Assembly (NCBI GenBank): GCA_951406725.2
Contig: OX597833.1
Location: 21,328,001 to 21,392,000, forward strand
From: Octopus vulgaris
Lineage: Eukaryota
Length of the DNA stretch: 64,000 nucleotides
Direction: 5' to 3'
A program made the translations under genes and the position numbers. The notes beneath the pieces were generated by a model. The model saw only the letters and a list, made by a program, of their open reading frames with translations, made no database searches and was not told the DNA's origin. Below, in pieces: positions 55,070-64,000 of this stretch (within the stretch, counting starts at the first letter, position 1; each line of letters opens with the position of its first letter).

Positions 55070-55562
55070 TACATCATATATATGTGTTTGTGTATGTGTG
55101 TGTGAATTGTTGAATGAGAGATATAGGGTGAAGTCAGAGAGGTGGGAAGGAGGGAGGGAGGGAGAGAGAGGAAGAGAAAGAAAGAGAGACCGGTACACTC
55201 ACATGCACTGAGAGGGAGAGAGAGAGAGAGAGAGAGAGAAAGGGAAAGAGAGAGAGAGAGAGAAAGCGAGAAACGCACAGACATAAACTTAGACATACAT
55301 AAAGTATGATGATACAGAGAAGGAGATAGAGAGAGAGAATATGAGAAAGAGGAAGAGAGCGAAAGAGATGTAAAACAGAGACGAACAGGGTCAGAGACAG
55401 ACTAAGAGAAAGACAGAGAGAACTGCAAGAGAAAGAGAAGGGAGAGACAGAGAACTGCAAGAGAGGGAGAGAGAGGTAAGGAGGAAAGAGAGAGAGAGAG
55501 AGCAGTTCAGCTGTTCCGCTACTAAAAATTATCGTGTCAAGGTTAACCTGTATTTTTTATAT

Positions 55563-56034
55563 ACTCTTTACTCTTCTACTCTTTTACTTGTTTCAGTCAT
55601 TTGACTGCGGCCATGCTGGAGCACTGCCTTTTAGTCGAGCAAATCGACCCCGGGACTTATTCTTTGTAAGCCCAGTACTTATTCTATCGGTCTCTTTTGC
55701 CGAACCGCTAAGTGACGGGGACGTAAACACACCAGCATCGGTTGTGAAGCAATGCTAGGGGGACGAACACAGACACACAAACATATACACACACACTTAT
55801 ATATATATATATATATACATATATACGATAGGCTTCTTTCAGTTTCCGTCCACACACATATATATATATACATATATACGATGGGCTTCTTTCAGTTTCC
55901 GTCTACCAAATCCACTCACAAGGAATTGGTCAGCCCGGGGCTATAGCAGAAGACACTTGCCCAAGATGCCACGCAGTGGGACTGAACCCGGAACCATGTG
56001 CTTTGTTAGCAAGCTACTTACCACACAGCCACTC
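55563..56034 (-). mobile_element. SINE family C with a short internal duplication
   Basis: Full-length copy; GGCTTCTTTCAGTTTCCGTC occurs twice. Confidence 0.9.
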
Positions 56035-56189
56035 AACTTTTTTTTTTCTCTTTCATTTTTTTTACTTGTTGCAGTCATTAGACCGCGGCCATGCTGGTGC
56101 AGCACTACCTTGGAGAAACCTTTTCTGCCGAATGAATCGGCACTAGTACTATTTATTTTTATTTTTATTTATTTATAAATAAGATAAAG

Positions 56190-56371
56190 ACGTGGGAGTG
56201 GCTGTGTGGTAAGTAGCTTGCTTACGAACCACATGGTTTTGGGTTCAGTCTCGCTGCGTGGCACCTTGGGCAAGTGTCTTCTACTAGAGCCTCAGGCCGA
56301 CCAAAGCCTTGTGAGTGGATTTAGTAAACGGAAACTGAAAGAAGCCCGTCGTTTATATGTATGTGTGTGTG

Positions 56372-56403
<32 letters not shown>

Positions 56404-56620
56404 CATATTTGTGTGTCTGTGTTTGTCCTCCCAACATCGCTTGACAACCAATGCTGGTTTGTTTACGTCCCTGTAACTAAGCGGTTCGGCAAAAGAGACC
56501 GATAGAATAAGTACTAAGCTTATAAAGAATAAGTCCTGGGGTCGATTTGTTCGACTAAAGGCGGTGCTCCAGCATGGCCAATCAAATGACTGAAACAAGT
56601 AAAAGAGAGTAAAAGAGAGT
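56190..56620 (+). mobile_element. SINE family C, head-to-head with the previous copy
   Basis: Full-length copy about 155 bp from the inverted copy. Confidence 0.9.
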
Positions 56621-56642
56621 AAGAATATAGTCTCTCCCTCTT

Positions 56643-56688
<46 letters not shown>

Positions 56689-58153
56689 TTTAATTTCTAA
56701 TACTCCTTAATTTCTAATACTCTTATAGTCTTTTTTTCATTTTGGCACAAGGCCAGCAATTTTGGGGGAACTGGCAAGTCGATGACATCGATCCCAGTAC
56801 TCAACTGGTATTTATTTTAGGGCTTCTTTCAGTTTCCGTCCACCATATCCACTGACGCGGCTTTAGTCGGCCCGTGCTATAGTAGAAGACACTTGCCCAA
56901 GGTGCCACGCAGAGAGGCTCAACACGGAACCATGTGGTTGGGAAGCAAGCTTCTTACCACACAGCCACACCTAGTGGTGAGGGACACAGTCAAAATGATA
57001 ATTTATTTTTGTAATTGAGTTGTGTTTTACTTTTTCAGATGCGGCCACCTAAAAAATTCAGGTTTTAGATCTGGCTCTACTATTAAAAATGTTGAGTACC
57101 ACTGTCTTAAAGCATCGTATAGAATGCTTCGCGGTATTAGCTCCTACTATCTACACTCTGAGTTCGAACTACGCCGACGTCAATCTTTGCTTTTCATCCT
57201 TTTTAAGATTGATAAAAATTTGCCAATTTAAGGCGGTGATCTGACGGAGCTGTAAGAACATCGGACAGCATACCTTGCGGTATTTATTTCGGTTCTTTGC
57301 ATTCTGAGTTCGAGTCCGGTTATGGCCTACTTTAGCGGCAGACATAAGTCATTGCCCCGTTTAACGAGCGCCTCTAGTGGCGCTCACTCTGTCGCAAGCA
57401 TTCGAGCCAAGTTTCCGGTTTAAGGATATCTTCCTCTTCCCACAAGTCACGGAAGCCCATCTTTCTTGTATAACCCCTTCTTATACCTCCTTTTTTTTCT
57501 TATCCAGCCTTCTAATACTCTCCATCTTTTTCTGTCTCCTTTCTTAAACTTCTTTTTCTTTTATACTCCCTTCCTTATATAGTTTGCCTCATGTATCCCT
57601 GATTCATTCATCAGTGATCTGGGATAACATGATATGCTCAATTATGAACCATGTTACGCTTATCACAGATTGATCTGTGATAACACGGGTCAATGAATAG
57701 TCGAAGATTCTGCATGTACTATAAAAATCGTGCTCCAATGACAACCCAGAATGTACTGACTATCGCTTGTATTTACATGACCCTGTTGCGAGGCTGCGTA
57801 CGCTTTATACGAATTTATGCACACGAAGCACATTAACATGCACCCATGGGACCAGAAACCAAAAAGTATGAAGACGCCCAACAATCGATGCAGAAGAGTG
57901 TAATCTCTACAGGAAATGGTAGAGATTGTGAAGAAGATAAACCACGATATTAGAGCTTCACAGTTGAGGACCGCAAGTCTGATGTTAGTTCCTCTATTTA
58001 CAAAGTACAGGGAGATGATTAATTTAACGCTGATTCATTTACCACTGTGGTGTTTTGTTTTAGTCAAATGCCCGTAATAAACGAGGATAGATGTTTTCAC
58101 TTTTTTAACATGCTCTTCTTTCTTACACACCTTTCTCAAAACATGTGAGAGCA

Positions 58154-58189
<36 letters not shown>

Positions 58190-58519
58190 AGAATGTGGTC
58201 GGAAGAGAAAGATTGTGGGAGAGTGTGGGAGAGAGCATATGAAAGAGAGTAAGAATGTAAAGGAGGGGGAAAGGGAGGAGGAGATTGTAAGAATGTAAGA
58301 ATGATAGAGATTTAGTGAAATCGATTATTGATCTGCTTGTTGTTGTTCTTTAGCCCAAGGTCAGATCTGATCAAAGACAGGTATGATCAAAGATCACGTT
58401 ATTGTTGTACTATCAGCTGTTGGGGTTTTAAGGTAAGCTACAATCGGCAGAGTCAGTAGAGCGTCAGAACTGGGTGAACTTAGCACATTTCGGAGACCTT
58501 ACACAGGGATCTCACACGT

Positions 58520-59030
58520 TCTCTCTCCTTCTGTCTCACTCGCACTAAATGTCTCTCTCTCTCTTTATCTCTCATTCTATCTTTCTCTTTCCCTCCGACC
58601 CTCTTCTCTCTCACTTCTCACCCTTTATCTGTCTCTCTATACCTATCTCTCTTTTTTGCTCTCTCTATCTCTCACCGACTGTCTCTCTCGCCCCTCTTCT
58701 CTCTCTCTCACTCATTCTATCCCTCTCTCTCTTCATCTCTGTCTCTTTTATCTCTCATCTCTTCACTTTTCTTTCCCTCTTTCTCTTTCTCGCCACTTCT
58801 CTTTCTTTCTGTCTCTCTTTCCCTCCCTCCTTCACTTTCTCTATCTCTTCCTCCTCTCTCTCTCTCTCTCTCGCCTCTTCTCTCTCACTCAGTTTCTCTA
58901 TCTCTTCCACTCCCTCTTCTCTTGCTTCTCTCTCTCACTCTCTCTCTCTCTCGTTTTCTTTCTCTCCCCCTCTTCCCTTGCTTCTCTCTCTCGCGTTCCC
59001 TCTCTCCCTCTCTCTCCCCCTCTTACACAC
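58520..59030. repeat. CT-rich polypyrimidine low-complexity tract
   Basis: Direct reading. Confidence 0.9.
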
Positions 59031-59674
59031 ACACACACATACACACTCGCACATACACACACGCAACCAGGCGCGCACAAACACACACACTATACTCATT
59101 CTAAGATCAATCCTCACCAGAGACAGACGAGACAGACAACTCTGCCTCTGATCTTCGATGCAAATAGTAAATAAATAAAAAATAAACACATAAATAAAAC
59201 AATATCCGCCAGCCATGGCCATAGTTCGATTTCACTGTCTCTTCTTTACCATTATTGATTTACAAATGTGGAATTTGTGCCAATTTTACAAAAAAATGGC
59301 GCAGGCATGGCTGTGTGGTTAAGAAATTCGTTTTACAACCACGAGGTTTGGGGTTAAGTCGACCCACAAAGCAACACTTTGAACAAGTGCCTTCCACTAT
59401 AGCCCTGCACCTATCAATGCCTTGAGTTCGAATTTGTTAGACGGAAACTGTGAGGAATCCCATGGTTCCGGATTCTGTCCCACAGCGTGGTACCTTGGGC
59501 AAATGTCTTCAAGTATAGCCTCAGTTCGACCAGAGGATTGTGAGTGGATTTGGTAGACGGAAACTGAAAATCCATTGTGTGTGTGTGTGTGTATATATAT
59601 ATATGTGTGTATGTATGTATGTATGTATGTATGTATGTATGTATGTATGTATGTATGTATGTATGTATGCATAC

Positions 59675-60072
59675 AGGCGCAGGAGTGGCTGTGTGGTAAG
59701 TAGCTTGCTTACGAACCACATGGTTCCTGTTTCGGTCCCACTGCGTGGCAGCTTGGGCAAGTGTTTTCTACTATAGCCTTGGGCCGACCAAAGCCTTGTG
59801 AGTGGATTTGGTAGGCGGAAACTGGAAGAAGCCCGTCGTATATATGTATGGGTTCATATATGCTTGTGTGTCTGTGTTTGTCCCCCCAACATCGCTTGAC
59901 AACCGATGCTGGTATGTTTACGTCCCCGTAAATTAGCGGTTCGACAAAAGAGTCCGATAGAGTAAGTACTAAGCTTACAAAGAATAAGTCCTGGGGTCGA
60001 TTTGCTCAACTAAAGGTGCTGCTCCAGCATGGCTGCAGTCAAATGACTGAAACAAGTAAAAGAGTAAAAGAG
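59675..60072 (+). mobile_element. SINE family C
   Basis: Full-length copy; rearranged partial copies lie at 59297-59575. Confidence 0.9.
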
Positions 60073-60222
60073 TATATATATATATATATATATATATATT
60101 GTATAGAGGGCATTATTACATAAATGCCTCACACTAGGAGGGACAAAGTCATTACTACCAAAAATTATACTAATCATACCCAAATGCAGTTTTTCAAAGC
60201 AAGACATTTAAAAAATGAATTT

Positions 60223-60280
60223 AGTTCTGTATCACCGTGATTTCACATTCAACTTACGTCTAATGATCGTCAGCAGAACT
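60223..60280 (-). ncRNA. Type I hammerhead ribozyme motif (inverted copy)
   Basis: Reverse complement is identical to 60774-60831. Confidence 0.8.
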
Positions 60281-60773
60281 GATTCTGAACACATCATAAA
60301 TAAACTACCAACCTTACGTAGCGAAGACGAACAGACAACTGCTCACTCCGGCCAAGCACATGGAATGTTTATAAATCATATATCCGGTAAATGGCGGGCT
60401 TTTTACGAACTGCATGTCGGGTAATGAAAAGTATTTCGGAATAAGTTTAACAATTAAGGATAATCTCTTAATAAGGGATCTTAACAAGAAATTATCGGGT
60501 AGAAAAAAAATTATTTTCGGATTCTTTTCTTTTATGAGGTTTTCACGCTAGCTACCCGATAATTTCTTGTTAAGATCCCTTATTAAGAGATTATCCTTAA
60601 TTGTTAAACTTATTCCGAAATACTTTTCATTACCCGACATGCAGTTCGTAAAAAGCCCGCCATTTACCGGATATATGATTTATAAACATTCCATGTGCTT
60701 GGCCGGAGTGAGCAGTTGTCTGTTCGTCTTCGCTACGTAAGGTTGGTAGTTTATTTATGATGTGTTCAGAATC

Positions 60774-60831
60774 AGTTCTGCTGACGATCATTAGACGTAA
60801 GTTGAATGTGAAATCACGGTGATACAGAACT
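60774..60831 (+). ncRNA. Type I hammerhead ribozyme motif, intact core
   Basis: AGTTCTG CTGACGA T CATTAGAC GTAA GTTGAATG T GAAA TCACGGTGA TA CAGAACT: 7-bp helix I, CUGANGA, helix II with GUAA loop, GAAA, helix III. Predicted cleavage after A60824. Confidence 0.82.
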
Positions 60832-61254
60832 AAATTCATTTTTTAAATGTCTTGCTTTGAAAAACTGCATTTGGGTATGATTAGTATAATTTTTGGTAGT
60901 AATGACTTTGTCCCTCCTAGTGTGAGGCATTTATGTGTAATAATGCCCTCTATACAATATAGATATAATTAATTTGTTCAAAAGAAAAAAATTATTTTCG
61001 GATTCTTTTCTTTTATGAGGTTTTCACGCTAGCTACCCGATAATTTCTTGTTAAGATCCCTTATTAAGAGATTATCCTTAATTGTTAAACTTATTCCGAA
61101 ATACTTTTCATTACCCGACATGCAGTTCGTAAAAAGCCCGCCATTTACCGGATATATGATTTATAAACATTCCATGTGCTTGGCCGGAGTGAGCAGTTGT
61201 CTGTTCGTCTTCGCTACGTAAGGTTGGTAGTTTATTTATGATGTGTTCAGAATC

Positions 61255-61312
61255 AGTTCTGCTGACGATCATTAGACGTAAGTTGAATGTGAAATCACGG
61301 TGATACAGAACT
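61255..61312 (+). ncRNA. Type I hammerhead ribozyme motif, second tandem copy
   Basis: Identical to 60774-60831, 481 bp downstream. Predicted cleavage after 61305. Confidence 0.82.
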
Positions 61313-61572
61313 AAATTCATTTTTTAAATGTCTTGCTTTGAAAAACTGCATTTGGGTATGATTAGTATAATTTTTGGTAGTAATGACTTTGTCCCTCCTA
61401 GTGTGAGGCATTTATGTGTAATAATGCCCTCTATACAATATAGATATAATTAATTTGTTCAAAAGAAAAAAATTATTTTCGGATTCTTTTCTTTTATGAG
61501 GTTTTCACGCTAGCTACCCGATAATTTCTTGTTAAGATCCCTTATTAAGAGATTATCCTTAATTGTTAAACT

Positions 61573-61644
<72 letters not shown>

Positions 61645-61656
<12 letters not shown>

Positions 61657-61800
61657 ATGGCAATTTCTGTCTGTCTGTTACCATCATAGTGCCTAAACCA
61701 GCGAACCAATATTCACGAAACTTTGCATACATGCTACACTAACATCCAGTTCAATAATATGTTAATTGGATTTCGATAAAAATCTATAATGTGCCTCCCA
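61645..61800 (+). mobile_element. Lep1-like non-autonomous Helitron 5' end
   Basis: TATTATAAATGGCAATTTCTGTCTGTCTGTTACC...CCTAAACCAGCGAACCAATATTCACGAAACTTTGCATAC resembles the conserved Lep1/HINE 5' block (recognition from memory). Confidence 0.55.
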
Positions 61801-61939
61801 GGGGTGTTGGGCGAATTATATGATAAAATGGGAAAGGTACAAAAAGTATTAGTCGGATGGAAACGCTGAGTGAGGGTGACTTATATCAGGGAAGGCAACA
61901 CCAACGTCCTCTCAACGATTAGCCAGAGATGATTTTTAA

Positions 61940-62224
61940 AATTAGAATATCTGCAATATACTCGACTGCTCTCTCAAACGAGAATACTAAAAATGAACCC
62001 GACCACTCTCAAAAGTAAAAAAAAAAAACGGGAAAATAATCCAAAATCCTTTTCCGGTACCAGATCGATTCCAAATCTAACGATTTCGTTCCAGCCACGA
62101 GGCCAAACATCCCTGAAAGTTTCATCCAAATCCATCCAGCGGTTCTTGAGATATCTTGTCCACGGATAAACAAACAAACGCGACTGAAACAATACCTCCA
62201 CCTTCGCTAAGGCGGAGGTAATAA
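61940..62224 (-). mobile_element. Helentron-associated (HINE/DINE-like) non-autonomous element
   Basis: Reverse complement begins ATTATTACCTCCGCCTTAGCGAAGGTGGAGGTA (subterminal hairpin), then (GTTT)n and GGATGGATTTGGATGAAACTTTC. Confidence 0.65.
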
Positions 62225-62229
62225 TCCTT

Positions 62230-62612
62230 TCTACTGGAAGCACAAGGAAGGGGAAGAGATTAAGTCGATTACATCGCTCTCAGTATGTAACTGGTACGTA
62301 ATTTATCGACCCCGAAAGGATGAAAGGCAAAGTCGACTCCGGCGGTATTTGAACTCAACGTGAAGACAGACGAAATACCTATTTCTTTACTACCCACAAG
62401 GGGCTAAACATAGAGAGGACAAACAAGGACAGACAAACGGATTAAGTCGATTATATCGACCCCAGTGCGTAACTGGTACTTATTTAATCGACCCCGAAAG
62501 GATGAAAGGCAGAGTCGAGCTCGGCGGAATTTGAACTCAGAACGTAACGGCAGACGAAACACGGCTACGCATTTCGCCCGCCGTGCTAACGTGTCTGCCA
62601 GCTCGCCGCCTT
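62230..62612 (-). mobile_element. SINE family A, dimeric
   Basis: Same organisation as 939-1302 and 47530-47930. Confidence 0.88.
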
Positions 62613-62641
62613 CAACCATTCACATGATGATGATGATGATG

Positions 62642-62689
<48 letters not shown>

Positions 62690-62979
62690 GTTCTGTCTAA
62701 TTTTTGGTACAAGACCAGCAAATTTAAGGGAGGACCATAGATGAATATACTGACCCCTTGCTCAATTGGTGCTTTTTTTAATGACCCCGACAGGATGAAA
62801 GATAACGACGACCTCGGTGGAGAATTTGGTCTGGTACCACATTGCAGATCCTCGTGCAGATTACACCAAAGAGTGTAGAAAAAATGACAGATCTTATCCA
62901 CCTACATGGATCTTTGTGTTGCAGTTGAGAGGAAAAATCAAACTACCACTTGATTTTTCGCATATATTTGTGTGTGTGT

Positions 62980-63036
<57 letters not shown>

Positions 63037-63147
63037 GTTAAGCATGTGAGTGAATGTCAGTTAGTGCATGTCTGTGTGTGAGTGTGCGCATGAGGATATA
63101 TGTATGAATGCATATGCGTTTATGTGTGTATAAATATATATATATAT

Positions 63148-63383
63148 ATACAATGTACATTTAAACACATTAAGAGGTTTCCATCATAGGAATCCCTTAC
63201 GCTAGAAAGAACAGCTAAAGTCCAAACCACTCATTAGGGATAAATTCTCGGAGGAAATGAAAAATATTTTTCATTCCCTTCGAGAATTTATCCCTAATTA
63301 GTGCTTTGGACTTTAGCTGTTCTTTCTAGCGTAAGGGATTCCTATGATGGAAACATCTTCTTGTGTTTAAATGTACACTGTAT
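63148..63383. repeat. Spacer-less palindrome, about 236 bp
   Basis: Centre GAAAAAT|ATTTTTC at 63265/63266. One arm also occurs alone at about 34085-34203. Confidence 0.9.
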
Positions 63384-63559
63384 TTTTTATGAATAATATA
63401 GAGTCTATCTAATTTTTCTATACGCTAGGCCACTGATAGTAAAAAATTTCTAAAATTGTTATTACCCAACACACGCAGACCTCCGCGCACGCACATATCC
63501 ACACTTACACGCACATTCCTCCTCCTCCACCATTCTCCTGTCTTTGACAGAACTACTCT

Positions 63560-63795
63560 TCAGTCTTTGAAAACAACTTTCTTCACCCATTTCCTTCCGC
63601 TCTTTCAAAATGTGACCTCCTCCGTCTTCCCGTCTTTGGATCTTTCCTTCTCCTATGTTTCCGACGAAGAGCTCTACTCGAAACGTTAAACCCTCCTTCT
63701 TTCCTTCTTTCCTGAGCGTCCAATAATATTATATTTGTTCCACGTCCTCGCGTTGTTGTGTTTTTTTGTGCTTTCTTGTTTGGATTAACTTTATA
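63560..63795 (+). mobile_element. Penelope-type pseudo-LTR fragment (family of 9684-9895) with minimal hammerhead-like motif
   Basis: 63657-63691 reads GTTT CCGACGA A GAG CTCTA CTC GAAA CG TT AAAC. Confidence 0.6.
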
Positions 63796-64000
63796 TATGT
63801 GTGTGTGTGTGTGTGTGTTTTTGCTACCACTTTAACCCTCCGCAAAAAATCCCAAATTATATTTAATTTGCTTTGCGGGAAGGACTGTTTTAACGAAGAC
63901 GCGTCTTGTCCCTACCTTCGAACGCGGAGTAGATGAATGAAAGACAACTGATGAAGGGGAATGTTCTTTATGTTGCCTGTCTCGTTTCTCTGTTTCTTTC

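Larger units (their letters stand above)
60095..61574. mobile_element. Retrozyme-like array: one inverted ~408-bp copy plus about 2.2 tandem copies of a 481-bp hammerhead-containing unit, in (TA)n
   Basis: 60095-60502 is the reverse complement of 60552-60961 (one 2-bp indel). Units are 60504-60984, 60985-61465 and partial 61466-61574. The 481-bp period is confirmed by identical ORFs at 60630 and 61111. Confidence 0.85.

Noticed and set aside
57365-57390. GAGCGCCTCTAGTGGCGCTC as a CTCF site
   Set aside because: It is one base short of the CCACYAGRKGGC spacing in both orientations; only a 7-bp-arm hairpin can be supported.
60215-61320. Three identical 69-aa ORFs (MNLVLYHRDF...)
   Set aside because: They are identical only because the DNA is repeated. 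They are antisense to the hammerhead and show no recognisable protein motif.

Overview
This is AT-rich, microsatellite-dense eukaryotic DNA with no prokaryotic features, rRNA or CRISPR. The SINE families look to me like those of Octopus (coleoid cephalopod); this is recognition, not a database result. The only convincing host coding sequence is one large minus-strand exon (ATG 19255 to donor at 17392). It encodes a poly-Q/poly-P N-terminus, an RTSSMP 14-3-3-type motif and the start of an RGK-like (Rem/Rad/Gem/Kir) small GTPase domain whose P-loop is atypical (GAPSVGKA). The rest is intron or flank made of tRNA-derived SINEs, decayed LINEs (R4/Dong-like RLE, RTE, Tx1/L1-like), a Penelope GIY-YIG remnant, DNA transposon relics (mariner, DD37D, Tigger, a Merlin-like MITE, Helitron/Helentron) and simple repeats. 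Most ORF-track entries are microsatellite artefacts. The main unexpected signal is several unrelated short non-coding repeat families that carry hammerhead-ribozyme (HHR) motifs and sit as tandem or inverted arrays in (TA)n/(CA)n tracts. The best case is a 481-bp tandem unit at 60.1-61.6 kb whose type I hammerhead has all core nucleotides intact, a candidate retrozyme/circRNA system next to a Penelope-type partner.
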